NCBI GenBank assembly: GCA_963845565.1 | Contig: CAWJSJ010000002.1 | Coordinates: forward strand, 768,001 to 832,000 | Direction of reading: 5' to 3' | Length of the DNA: 64,000 nucleotides | From: an uncultured Methylomirabilota bacterium | Lineage (GTDB): Bacteria > Methylomirabilota > Methylomirabilia > Methylomirabilales > 2-02-FULL-66-22 | Shown: positions 29,735-39,312 of the stretch, one piece after another | Numbering within the stretch: the stretch's first letter is position 1 | How the letters are laid out: each line of letters starts with the position of its first letter | Made by a program: the position numbers and the translations under genes | Notes under the pieces: generated by a model | Told to the model about the DNA's origin: nothing | The model's input: only the letters and a program-made list of their open reading frames with translations | Databases searched by the model: none

Positions 29735-30450
29735 CGCACGGCTTCCACATTCCGTTCGACGGCCACACCCTCGTCGGTGACGTCCTGACGGGAGAGGCCC
29801 CGCCGCGCCTCTTGGTGCTGCACGGCGCCGGGCAGGCCTGCCGCGAGCGGTTCCACGATATTCGGGAGTATCTTCTGGCCCGCGGGATCGGCTCCGTCGC
29901 CTTCGACTGCATCGGCCACGGCGACACCGGCGGCGACCTGAAGTCGTCCAGCCTGAAGAGCCGGACCGCGCAGGCCCGCGCCGTCGTCGAGGCCGTGGGA
30001 CTTCCCCGGCCCTTCTCCGTCCTGGGGGCCAGCATGGGAGGCTACACGGCGGTGACGCTGCTTCGCCATTACGCCATCGACAATCTCTTGCTGATCGTTC
30101 CGGCCATGTACACGGCCGAGGCCTACCCCGTTCCCTTCAACGGCGGATTTACCGAGATCATCCGACGGCCGGAAAGCTGGCAGGCCTCGGACGCCTGGGC
30201 ACTCCTCTCCCGCTTCACGGGGCGGCTGCTCGTCGTGGCCGGCGAGCAGGACGCGGTCATTCCGCCCGGCGTGATCCGCAAGATCTATGAGTCCGCCGCG
30301 AGCGCCGCGGAGCGCACGCTCTACGTCGCCCCCGGCACCTCGCACACGGTCCTCACCGACCTCCGGGCCAAGGACCCCTCCCGCCTCGCCGAGGTCCTCG
30401 ATCTGATGGCACGGCTCCTCACGACCGATGCGATGCAACAGGCCTCCTGA
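29731..30450 (+). CDS. Alpha/beta fold hydrolase
   Basis: VLHGAG, GHGDT, nucleophile GASMGG, GEQDAVI, His in GTSH; ATGA overlap with recD. Confidence 0.85.
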   Translation: MTHGFHIPFDGHTLVGDVLTGEAPPRLLVLHGAGQACRERFHDIREYLLARGIGSVAFDCIGHGDTGGDLKSSSLKSRTAQARAVVEAVGLPRPFSVLGASMGGYTAVTLLRHYAIDNLLLIVPAMYTAEAYPVPFNGGFTEIIRRPESWQASDAWALLSRFTGRLLVVAGEQDAVIPPGVIRKIYESAASAAERTLYVAPGTSHTVLTDLRAKDPSRLAEVLDLMARLLTTDAMQQAS

Positions 30451-30506
30451 CGGCGCGCCCCCGAGGACGTGCAGGACCGAACCAGCGGTCCCCCGCTATT
30501 AAGAGT

Positions 30507-30535
30507 TTGCACATTAGAAACCAGACTTCTATAAT
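30507..30535 (+). promoter_or_regulatory. sigma70 promoter
   Basis: TTGCAC-17 nt-TATAAT, 7 nt before the ATG at 30543. Confidence 0.7.
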
Positions 30536-30542
30536 GCACACC

Positions 30543-31724
30543 ATGATCGAGCGGCATTACACCAGCCGCCTCCGGCGGCTCTTGACCCAATTCCCTGCGG
30601 TGACGGTGCTGGGCCCGCGGCAATGCGGTAAGACGACCTTCATCCGCCAGGCTCTCCCCGACTGGACCTACCTGGACCTGGAGCGCCCCTCCGACGTCAC
30701 CCCGCTGGCCGCGGACCCGGAGGCGCGCTTGGGTCAACTTGGCGGGCATGTCATCCTCGACGAAGCGCAGCGCCTTCCGGACCTGTTTCCCGTCCTGCGG
30801 AGCGTCCTCGACGCCACAAGGTCCCGGAAGGGACGTTTCGTCCTGCTCGGGTCGGCCTCCCCGTCTCTCGTTCGTGCGATCTCCGAATCGCTGGCGGGCC
30901 GGACCGCGTTCTTGGATCTGGCGCCCCTGCGTTGGGACGAGGTGGCGGACCGCCGGAACCCGCGCGGCATCAAGACCCTCTGGTTTCGAGGAGGATATCC
31001 AGAGGCCTACCTGCAGCGGGACGACAACGCCCGCTGGGACTGGCTGGAGTCTTACACACGGGCGTTCATCGAGCGCGATCTGGCCGCACTCGGGATCGAG
31101 GTATCCGCCGTACAGATGCGACGGCTGTGGAGCATGCTCGCCCACTGCAACGGCGCGATCTGGAATGCCTCACAACTGGCCGCATCGTTAGGTGTCAGCT
31201 ATCACACGGTGAATCGGTACGTGGACATCCTGGAGCAAACGTTCTTGATTCGAAAACTACCCCCGTTCTATGCGAACGTCCGAAAGCGCCTGGTCAAGAG
31301 TCCCAAGGTCTACTTCCGAGACACCGGACTCCTGCACTACTTCCTGGGCATCCGGGGCGAGGCAACTCTGGACACCCACCCGTCCCGGGGCCTCAGTTGG
31401 GAAGGTTTCGTCATTGATCAGATGATCTCGGCGTTCCAACGGCATGCCGCCGGCAGCCAGGCGTTCTTCTGGCGCACGGCTCAGGGAGACGAGGTCGATC
31501 TGCTCATTGACATGGGTGGTCGGCAGATACCCTTTGAGGTCAAGCTGCATTCCGCTCCCGCCGCTCCCGACGCTCGCACACTTCTACGATGCATGCAGGA
31601 TCTCGGACTACCCCGCGGGTATGTAATCTATCCGGGCGAAAAGGACTACTCGTTGGGGGGCGGTGCCAGCGCGCTCTCCGCACGCCGCCTGCTCTCAAGC
31701 CCGCAGGATTGCGTCCGGCTCTGA
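30543..31724 (+). CDS. AAA+ ATPase (AAA_14) with DUF4143 domain
   Basis: GPRQCGKTT, ILDEAQ, LLGSAS, SESLAGR, GGYP, KSPKVYFRDTG; C-terminal EVDLL...FEVK. Confidence 0.9.
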   Translation: MIERHYTSRLRRLLTQFPAVTVLGPRQCGKTTFIRQALPDWTYLDLERPSDVTPLAADPEARLGQLGGHVILDEAQRLPDLFPVLRSVLDATRSRKGRFVLLGSASPSLVRAISESLAGRTAFLDLAPLRWDEVADRRNPRGIKTLWFRGGYPEAYLQRDDNARWDWLESYTRAFIERDLAALGIEVSAVQMRRLWSMLAHCNGAIWNASQLAASLGVSYHTVNRYVDILEQTFLIRKLPPFYANVRKRLVKSPKVYFRDTGLLHYFLGIRGEATLDTHPSRGLSWEGFVIDQMISAFQRHAAGSQAFFWRTAQGDEVDLLIDMGGRQIPFEVKLHSAPAAPDARTLLRCMQDLGLPRGYVIYPGEKDYSLGGGASALSARRLLSSPQDCVRL

Positions 31725-31739
31725 GCGAAGGAGACATTG

Positions 31740-32597
31740 ATGAAACTCGTCCGCTACGGTCGGGCCGGCGCCGAGAAGCCGGGACTCATCGACGCCGAGG
31801 GGCAGCTCCGCGACCTCGCTCGCGTCGTTCCAGACATCACACCGGCACTCCTCGCGCCGGCGGCCCTCAGGACGCTCCGTCGACTCGCGACGGCACGCCT
31901 GCCGCTCGTGAAAGGCAGGCGGCGGCTGGGCTGCCCGTTGGCAGGTATCGGCAAGATCGTCTGCATCGGGCTCAACTACACCGATCATGCGGCGGAGGTC
32001 GGGCTGGCGCTGCCCAAGGAGCCCACCATCTTCCTCAAGGCCACCAGCGCGATTAGCGGCCCCGCCGACCCGATCGTCCGCCCCCGGGACGCCGCGAAGC
32101 TCGACTACGAAGTGGAGCTGGCGGCGGTGATTGGAAAAGCCGCCCGCCACGTGGACGAGGCGCGCGCTCTCGCCCACGTGGCGGCCTACTGCCTCTTGAA
32201 CGACGTCTCCGAGCGGGCCTTCCAGGTCGAACGGGCCGGCACCACCACCAAGGGGAAGAGCTGCGACACCTTCGCCCCCATCGGCCCCTGGCTGGTGACG
32301 GCCGACGAGGTGGGCGATCCGCAGGAGCTGGGGTTGTGGACCTCGGTCAGCGGCGAGCGGCGCCAGAACGGCTCCACCAGGGACATGGTCTTCTCGGTCG
32401 GGGAGCTCGTCGCCTACGTGAGCCGGTTCATGTCGCTCCAGCCGGGCGATCTTGTCTCCACCGGCACGCCGGCCGGCGTGGGCCATGGCCGCAAGCCGCC
32501 GCGCTACCTCCAGCCGGGCGACGTCGTGGAGATGGGCGTCGACGGCCTGGGACACCAGCGCCACGTGGTGGTGGAGTGGAAGGCCGCCCGGCGTTGA
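31740..32597 (+). CDS. Fumarylacetoacetate hydrolase family protein
   Basis: CIGLNYTDH, LDYEVEL, NDVSER, GKSCDTFAPIGP, TGTPAGVG. Confidence 0.92.
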   Translation: MKLVRYGRAGAEKPGLIDAEGQLRDLARVVPDITPALLAPAALRTLRRLATARLPLVKGRRRLGCPLAGIGKIVCIGLNYTDHAAEVGLALPKEPTIFLKATSAISGPADPIVRPRDAAKLDYEVELAAVIGKAARHVDEARALAHVAAYCLLNDVSERAFQVERAGTTTKGKSCDTFAPIGPWLVTADEVGDPQELGLWTSVSGERRQNGSTRDMVFSVGELVAYVSRFMSLQPGDLVSTGTPAGVGHGRKPPRYLQPGDVVEMGVDGLGHQRHVVVEWKAARR

Positions 32598-32648
32598 GGC
32601 GCGAGGCCCGCCGCGGCGAGCGCGCCGCCTGCAGCCTGAGGTGCGTGG

Positions 32649-33452
32649 ATGACGACCGAATACGTGCACGGCTATTCCGAGAAAGAGGGTGGGCGGCTGG
32701 TGGACCAGGCCACCACTCTGACGGAGCTTCTGCATGGCGACACCGAGTATCCCGCAGGTAGTCTGGTGCTGGAAGCGGGCTGCGGCGTGGGTGCCCAGAC
32801 GATCACGCTGGCCAGGAGGAGCCCGCGTGCGACCTTCGTTTCGGTGGACATCTCGCCGGACTCCTTGGCGCAGGCCGAGGAGCGAGTGCAGGGGGCGGGC
32901 GTGGCCAACGTGACGTTCCGGCAGGCGGACATCTTTTCCCTGCCTTTCGCCGAGGCGCACTTCGACCATGTGTTCGTGTGTTTTGTGCTGGAGCACCTGG
33001 CACGCCCCGTCCAGGCGCTGCTGGAGCTCGGGCGTGTTCTGAAGGCCGGCGGAACACTCACCGTCATCGAGGGAGACCACGGCTCGGCCTATTTTCACCC
33101 GGACAGCGCTCGCGCCCGGCGCGCCGTTCAATGCCTGGTAGATCTACAGCGGCAAGCCGGCGGCGATGCGTTGATCGGCCGCCGTCTCTACCCCCTGCTC
33201 GTCGCGGCCGGCGTCCGCGAGGTGCGCGTCTCTCCACGTATGGTCTACGTTGATGCAAGCCGGCCGGCGCTGGTGGAGGGCTTCATCCGGAAGACCTTCA
33301 CGGCCATGGTGGAAGGGGCGGGCGCGGAGGCGATTCGGCGGAACATGATTGACGCGGAGTCCTGGGGCAAGGGCATCCGGGATCTGGAACGGACAGCGGA
33401 GCGGGATGGAACATTCTGTTACACGTTCTTCAAGGCCGTCGGCGTGAAGTGA
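32649..33452 (+). CDS. Class I SAM-dependent methyltransferase
   Basis: YVHGY N-terminus, VLEAGCGVG, VLEHL, RVLKAGG. Confidence 0.9.
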   Translation: MTTEYVHGYSEKEGGRLVDQATTLTELLHGDTEYPAGSLVLEAGCGVGAQTITLARRSPRATFVSVDISPDSLAQAEERVQGAGVANVTFRQADIFSLPFAEAHFDHVFVCFVLEHLARPVQALLELGRVLKAGGTLTVIEGDHGSAYFHPDSARARRAVQCLVDLQRQAGGDALIGRRLYPLLVAAGVREVRVSPRMVYVDASRPALVEGFIRKTFTAMVEGAGAEAIRRNMIDAESWGKGIRDLERTAERDGTFCYTFFKAVGVK

Positions 33453-33453
33453 C

Positions 33454-34401
33454 ATGATCGCCATCCTGAACGTCACCGCCCCGTTTTTTGCGCTCGTGCT
33501 GTGCGGGTACCTCGCCGCGCGGTGTCGCCTGCTGCCGGACAACGCCGTCCCCGCCCTCAACACCTTCGTCCTGTATTTCGCGCTCCCGTGCATGCTGTTT
33601 CGCTTTGCCGCTGGGGCGCCGTTCCAGGATATCGTCAATGTGCCGGTATTTCTGGCCTACATGGTGACCGGCCTCACGGTGCTTGCGCTCTTTGCGGCGG
33701 CGATGCGCTTCGTGGCGGGTGAGGGGGTGCGCGACGCCACCTTTGCGGCACTCGCGGTGGCGTGGTCGAATTGGGGCTACATGGGCATCCCGCTGCTGCC
33801 GGCACTCCTGGGCCAGGCCGCGCTGCCGCCGCTGATCGCGGCGGGTATGGCCGACCTGCTCGTGGTGATTTCGGCAGCGCTGGCGTGCGCGTCGCTGGGG
33901 AATCGGGGCGCGGGTGGCATGCGCGCCGCACTCGCGGGAGCGCTGATCCACGCCGCCCAGAACCCGCTCGCGTGGGCGGTGATTGCGGGGAGTGCGTTTT
34001 CTGCCGGTGAGTTGCGCCTGCCGGACCCCGTGGACCAGTTCGCCCGGCTGCTGGGTCAGGCAGCCGGGCCGGTGGCGCTTTTCACCATCGGGGTGTCACT
34101 CTACCGGCCGGCCGCCGCCGCCTGGGGCGGCGACGTTCTGGTGATCGCCGGCGCCAAGCTTTTGCTCCATCCGGGTCTCGCGGGTCTGCTGGCGGTGTTT
34201 GTGTTCCGTCTCACGCCGCTCGAGGTGCACACGCTGGTTCTGGCCGCCGCGCTGCCCGTGGGCGGTTCGGTATTCTTGTTCGCCGAACGACAGGGTGCCA
34301 ACGCGGAACGTATCGCCGCGGCCATCCTCGTCTCGACGGCGTGTGCCTTCGTGACGTTCTCCACCCTCTGCTGGGCCCTCGGCATTCGGCTGCCGGGCTA
34401 A
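33454..34401 (+). CDS. AEC (auxin efflux carrier) family transporter
   Basis: FVLYFALP, SNWGYMGIP, PVALFTIG, KLLLHP, AALP; about 10 TM segments. Confidence 0.88.
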   Translation: MIAILNVTAPFFALVLCGYLAARCRLLPDNAVPALNTFVLYFALPCMLFRFAAGAPFQDIVNVPVFLAYMVTGLTVLALFAAAMRFVAGEGVRDATFAALAVAWSNWGYMGIPLLPALLGQAALPPLIAAGMADLLVVISAALACASLGNRGAGGMRAALAGALIHAAQNPLAWAVIAGSAFSAGELRLPDPVDQFARLLGQAAGPVALFTIGVSLYRPAAAAWGGDVLVIAGAKLLLHPGLAGLLAVFVFRLTPLEVHTLVLAAALPVGGSVFLFAERQGANAERIAAAILVSTACAFVTFSTLCWALGIRLPG

Positions 34402-34492
34402 GTCCGCGGACATCCGCCACGCTCACGACGACTCGTGGACCGAACGTCAAGCGCGCCCTCTGCACACACGCGGCCTGCCCGTCGCGAGGACC

Positions 34493-35317
34493 TCATACTC
34501 CGGTCGGGATCCTCACCACCTGGATGGCGTTCTCGACCGATTCGACGCCCTTGACCGACCTCAAGACGGTTTCCGCCCTGGTTTTCTGTTCCGGCACGTC
34601 CACATTGCCGCTCACGCGGACCTTCTGCGGCCCCACCACCCCAACGGCCAGCGAGGTATAGAGTCCACGTCCGAAACCCGCCTCCACCAGGGCGGCCTCC
34701 GCCCGACTGGTCAGGGCCATAGTTTCCAAGGACGTGATGGCTTCCGCAGAGGCCTCGGAAATTTCGGCGGAGCGAGCCATGTGGAGCACCGTGTCGACCG
34801 CCAAGTTCACGGTCACCTTGTCCATGTTAAGGACGAGGTCATACCGCTCGGGATTCTCCCAGTCCACCCCGAAAGCGAATTTGACGAACGCGCCCCGTTC
34901 GTCGTCGCTGCGCTTGATCGCTCGGGCAGCCGCTTCCCGGTTGAGTCCCTGGTTCATCAATGTCCGAACGCAGGTCTCTGGCGATGCCGTCACCCGAACG
35001 TGCAAGGTGCAGGGAAAGTCCCGCAAGAGAATGTGACTGCCCCTGCCCAGGAAGACGGCATTCCCCCGTCTGGCCAATTCATAGATCACCGAGTAGAGTC
35101 GTTCGAGATAGACCATGGGGGCATGAGAAAAAACCCTGTGGAGCATGGATGGCACCTTCTCATCGATCTCGCGCACGCTCCCCAGGACGCCCAACTCCTC
35201 GGCCATGTGATTGATCGCCTTGGTGTCGTAGAGCGGATACCCGAGGCCGCTGGCCACCCTCTTGGCCACTTCGGTTCCCTGGGTTCCCATTTTTCGAGAG
35301 AACGTGATCCATTTCAT
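34493..35317 (-). CDS. Cytidylate kinase-like family protein with C-terminal BON domain
   Basis: ITFSRKMGTQG, VFLGRG, YDLVLN; C-terminal VSGNV...VKGVESVENAI. Confidence 0.82.
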   Translation of the reverse strand: MKWITFSRKMGTQGTEVAKRVASGLGYPLYDTKAINHMAEELGVLGSVREIDEKVPSMLHRVFSHAPMVYLERLYSVIYELARRGNAVFLGRGSHILLRDFPCTLHVRVTASPETCVRTLMNQGLNREAAARAIKRSDDERGAFVKFAFGVDWENPERYDLVLNMDKVTVNLAVDTVLHMARSAEISEASAEAITSLETMALTSRAEAALVEAGFGRGLYTSLAVGVVGPQKVRVSGNVDVPEQKTRAETVLRSVKGVESVENAIQVVRIPTGV

Positions 35318-35922
35318 CGCGCACCTCCTTGTGGACCGCGCCTTTCACGCTCTGCGCGAGCCATGATGCCGCCGCGCCGCTCCTGGACCGTTCAGGATCC
35401 GAATGACCACAAACAGGACCAACCGACTCTCCATGAGAGACTCCGCCAAAGGAACACCAGACGCGACAGCAAGGCTTCCTACAGTAAATATAGGACATCG
35501 CGCGCGGAACGTCATCGGGCCCAAGGAAGATAGCGCCCACGTATCTCGGGCGTGCAATGCTCTGCGGCGGTCACTTTTTTCTTGCCTCCCTGCGCTCTGC
35601 GCTCTAGTATGCACCCAGGGCATCCGACGCCAGGGCCCCGGAGACGGTGACAGCGGGCTGGACGGCCACCCCAGCAATCGCGCCTTGGCTGAAACGGATG
35701 CCCGTTTCTTTTCCGAAGGTTGCCTTCCAGGGCAAGCCAGCGCTGGTCCCCCCCGCCACAGGCCTGGCACTCCCACGCCCGCCGCGGCCGCCCTTCTCGA
35801 GTGGTCGCGTTGCCGAACGATCGGGATTTCCACTTGACAGGAATTCCGTCTACGCCTATCTGTTCGCCTGGGCATGGACATATCCGGTGACCATTCTGCT
35901 GTCGTCCACACAAGGAGACCGT

Positions 35923-36687
35923 ATGAGCACGCCGACGCTTGAACTCATGCATCGCCATGGGTCCGTCCGAAAGCACAAGGCGGACCCCGTTCCGCTGGAG
36001 ACGATCGACGCGGTGGTCCACGCCGCCCAGCGGGCCTCCACCTCCTCGAATCTCCAGGTGGTGAGCGTCGTTGCCGTGACGGAGGCGGCGACACGGGCGC
36101 GCCTGGCCGAGATCTGTGGGCAGGAGCACGTCGGCCGGGCGCCGGTCGTCCTGGTGTGGTGCGCGGATCTCCGCCGACTCGACCGAGCCTGCGAACTGCG
36201 GGGCTATACGCAGGTGACGGACTACGTCGAGAACTTCCTCATGTGCGCCGTGGACGTCGGCATTGCCGCCCAGAGCGCGGCGCTGGCCGCGGAATCACTG
36301 GGGCTCGGGATCTGCTACCTGGGGAGCATCCGTAACGACACGCAAAAGGTGATCGACCTCCTCACGCTTCCTCGCCTGGTATTCCCCGTGGTCGGCATGA
36401 CCCTGGGGTGGCCCGTCGCCGCGCCGGTCGTTCGGCCACGCCTCCCGACTGCGGCAATTCTGTACCGGGAGACATATGATGCAGCGCACCGAGATGCGGC
36501 GCTGGCCGAGTACGACCAGACCATGATCGCGACCGGGATCTACGAGGGGCGGCAAGTGCCCGTTCCGGGCAAGCCGGATCAAGTGGAGTCGTACGGGTGG
36601 CTGGAGCACTCGGCGCGGCGGGCCGCGCAGGCGGCGCGGACGGAACTGCGGGACGTCCTGAAGCGGCAAGGATTCCCCCTCGAATAG
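35923..36687 (+). CDS. NADPH-dependent nitro/flavin reductase (NfsA/FRP family)
   Basis: HGSVRK, ASTSSNLQ, AAESLGLGICYLGSIRN, LGWP, RPRLP. Confidence 0.9.
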   Translation: MSTPTLELMHRHGSVRKHKADPVPLETIDAVVHAAQRASTSSNLQVVSVVAVTEAATRARLAEICGQEHVGRAPVVLVWCADLRRLDRACELRGYTQVTDYVENFLMCAVDVGIAAQSAALAAESLGLGICYLGSIRNDTQKVIDLLTLPRLVFPVVGMTLGWPVAAPVVRPRLPTAAILYRETYDAAHRDAALAEYDQTMIATGIYEGRQVPVPGKPDQVESYGWLEHSARRAAQAARTELRDVLKRQGFPLE

Positions 36688-36787
36688 GCCGTTGTCAAAG
36701 AATTACTTGACCGGAGAAATTCTGGAAACGGCATAAGGGGCCGTAACGAAATTCCAAGAAATGGGCAAGTTATTTCGTAACGGCTCC
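36688..36787 (-). mobile_element. 100-bp MITE-like element, family A, copy 5 (reverse)
   Basis: Begins immediately after the TAG stop of the nitroreductase; ends before TAA. Confidence 0.9.
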
Positions 36788-36866
36788 TAAGCACCGAGCA
36801 GCCAAGCCTCCGATCGTGGGACGTGACGACGCGCCGCGGGCGGGGCCGACGGACAAGGGGGGTGTG

Positions 36867-37724
36867 ATGCGGTTTCTGCGGCCCGCGATCCTGGGTGGGC
36901 TCCTCTTCGGGGTTGGGCTGGCCGGGATGTTGACGGCCCATGCGGACGAGGTGCCTTACATTCAAACGCCGACCAGCGTCGTGGACGCGATGCTCGCCAT
37001 TGCCGAGGTGGGACCGCAGGATTTCGTGGTGGACCTCGGCTCGGGCGACGGCCGTATCGTCATCGCCGCGGCCGCGCGGTACCAGGCGCGCGGGCTGGGG
37101 ATTGATTACGACCAGACCCTGATCGCGGAGAGCCGAGCGAACGCGGCACGCGCGGGCGTGTCCGACAGGGTGGCGTTTCTCCACCAGGACATCTTCCTGG
37201 CGGATTTTCGGCACGCCACGGTGGTGACCATGTACCTCCTGCCGGAGGTGAACTTGGAGCTCCGACCGCGCATCCTGTTCGATCTCAAGCCCGGCACCCG
37301 CGTGGTGTCGCACGATTGGGACATGGGCGATTGGGAACCCGATCGCCGCCTAGTGGTGGCAGCACCGGAGAAGACCATCGGACTTCGGAAGGAGAGCGCG
37401 GTCTTCCTCTGGACGGTTCCGGCGCGGGTCGCGGGGTACTGGCGCGGGACGCTAACCGGGCCGGGCGGCGCGGAGTCCGTGGCGATCGACGTCGTGCAGC
37501 GGTTCCAGACCGCCTCGGCGACCGTGTGGCTGCGACGCTGGGGCCTTGCCGGCGCCGGCCGCCTTCGCGGGGAGACCCTCTCCCTGGTCCTGGAACGGTC
37601 GCCGTGGATGCCCGATTCGCCCCCGCTGCAGTTCACCCTCCGGGTCGCCGCTGGCCGCCTCGAGGGGGATGCAGTCGACGGAGGCGCACGTTACGTTCTG
37701 CGGGCGACGCGAGTCGTCGAGTAG
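36867..37724 (+). CDS. Exported class I SAM-dependent methyltransferase
   Basis: Signal peptide; VPYIQTP, VDLGSGDGRIV, TVVTMYLLPEVN, LKPGTRVVSHDW. Confidence 0.88.
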   Translation: MRFLRPAILGGLLFGVGLAGMLTAHADEVPYIQTPTSVVDAMLAIAEVGPQDFVVDLGSGDGRIVIAAAARYQARGLGIDYDQTLIAESRANAARAGVSDRVAFLHQDIFLADFRHATVVTMYLLPEVNLELRPRILFDLKPGTRVVSHDWDMGDWEPDRRLVVAAPEKTIGLRKESAVFLWTVPARVAGYWRGTLTGPGGAESVAIDVVQRFQTASATVWLRRWGLAGAGRLRGETLSLVLERSPWMPDSPPLQFTLRVAAGRLEGDAVDGGARYVLRATRVVE

Positions 37725-37823
37725 GCCGTTGTCAAAGAATTACCTGACCGGAGAAATTCTGCAACGGCATAAGGAGCCGTAACGAAATCACAACAAATGG
37801 CCAAGTTATTTCGTAACGGCTCC
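37725..37823 (-). mobile_element. 99-bp MITE-like element, family A, copy 6 (reverse)
   Basis: Begins immediately after the TAG stop of the methyltransferase; ends before TAA. Confidence 0.9.
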
Positions 37824-38044
37824 TAACCGACGAGGCGTCCGCCCTTTTCTGCCGGTGCAATCCGTCTGCAGTCCCTCGGTCGCGACGGCGTTCCGGTGCG
37901 GACCCCCCCGAATGTCTTCTTGATCCTGCAGGCAGCGCTCCGGCGTGGAGCCGCTGCGACGGCTGTGATATAGTCGTCTGCACCTTTGTGGTGGACCGGC
38001 CGGGAGCGACCCACGGTGGGGCACGACAGGGGGAGAGGCGTGCG

Positions 38045-39247
38045 ATGGGGTTCCTGATCCGGGCATCCTGCCTGTGGGACGGCGATACGGGCTGGGGCGC
38101 CCGGCCGGTGGCCGTGCGGGTGGACGGCGATCGCATCGCGCGGATCGAGAGGGAATGCGCCCCCCTCGCCGCGGACGTCGTCGAGGTCCTCGATTTTGGC
38201 GAGGCGACGATCCTGCCCGGCCTCTTCGATCTGCACACGCACCTCGGGATCAACCACCGGACGGGGGACATCAAGACGCAGATGGGAGACCCGGCCGTGC
38301 AGCACGTGCTGGCCGGGTTGCAGGGCCTCCGTGCGGACCTGGAATCCGGGGTCACGACGGCCAAGCTCAACGGGGACCGGGAGTTCTTCGACATCCAGGT
38401 GCGGGATGCCATTCGCGACGGAGTGGTGCAAGGGCCGCGGCTCGCCGTATCCGGGCGGGGCATCAAGTCCTCGCGCTGCACGGGCGGCGTGGTAGCGACC
38501 TGCATCGTGGATGATGTGGACGCGATCGGTCGGTGCGTGGAGGAGAATCTGGCCGCCGGTGCAGATTGGGTCAAACTGTTCTCCTCGGGGAGCGTCTTTG
38601 GCGCGCTCGCGGACGTGCTCCAGCCGTTCTATGGGCCGGCACAGCTCTCTGTCGCGGCCTCGAAGGCCCATGCCGCGGGCAAGCGCATGAGCTCGCACTG
38701 CTTCGGGGGAGACGCCGCCGATGCCTGCATCGCGGCAGGCGTGGACGTGATCGATCACGGGTGGCTGCTCACGGACCGGCAACTGGAGGCGATGGCGAAA
38801 CGCGGTACCTGGCTCTGCCCCACGGTGGGCGTCCTGACTCACCCGGATGGCGTCCTGGGACACGTCCCGCCGGGATCCGCGCGCGAGGACGCGAAGCGGC
38901 GGATCGACGAGGTGCGCGAGGTCGTCCGGAAGGCGCTGCGGGTCGGGGTGCCGCTTCTGGTCGGGACCGACGCCATGCATGGCGGACTGGCCTACGAACT
39001 CACGACGCTTCAAGAGCTCGGCGGCGCGCCGCCGATCCTCTTGAAGGCCACGACGGCCGGCGCAGCGACGGCCCTGGGCGTCGCCGGGGACCGCGGAGCC
39101 GTGCGGGAGGGCGCAGTCGCCGACCTGGTGGTTGTCCGAGGCAATGCCCTGCGGGACGTGGGCTGCGTCGCCGATGTCCTGCTCGTCATGCAGGCCGGGC
39201 GGATCGTTCGTCGAGAGCCGCGAGCCGCGAGCCGCGAGCCGCGCTGA
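38045..39247 (+). CDS. Metal-dependent amidohydrolase (prolidase/imidazolonepropionase-like)
   Basis: LPGLFDLHTH, GADWVK, SHC, IDHG, GTDA, ADLVVV. Confidence 0.88.
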   Translation: MGFLIRASCLWDGDTGWGARPVAVRVDGDRIARIERECAPLAADVVEVLDFGEATILPGLFDLHTHLGINHRTGDIKTQMGDPAVQHVLAGLQGLRADLESGVTTAKLNGDREFFDIQVRDAIRDGVVQGPRLAVSGRGIKSSRCTGGVVATCIVDDVDAIGRCVEENLAAGADWVKLFSSGSVFGALADVLQPFYGPAQLSVAASKAHAAGKRMSSHCFGGDAADACIAAGVDVIDHGWLLTDRQLEAMAKRGTWLCPTVGVLTHPDGVLGHVPPGSAREDAKRRIDEVREVVRKALRVGVPLLVGTDAMHGGLAYELTTLQELGGAPPILLKATTAGAATALGVAGDRGAVREGAVADLVVVRGNALRDVGCVADVLLVMQAGRIVRREPRAASREPR

Positions 39248-39312
39248 GGTCTGCGCGATCGCGCACGCTCTGCAGTGTTCAATTTGGGTGGAACGGAGAA
39301 ACGGAGCAAGGG

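Noticed and set aside
4193..37823. Family A repeats read as a CRISPR array or as integron attC sites
   Set aside because: Copies are dispersed in both orientations and their 19-nt loops are homologous to each other. There are no cas or integrase genes, and no RYYYAAC/GTTRRRY ends. Target duplications point to insertion elements.
39216..39243. GAGCCGC heptamer tandem (x4) at the amidohydrolase 3' end
   Set aside because: A real short tandem repeat, but it only affects the last few residues, with no sign of phase variation.
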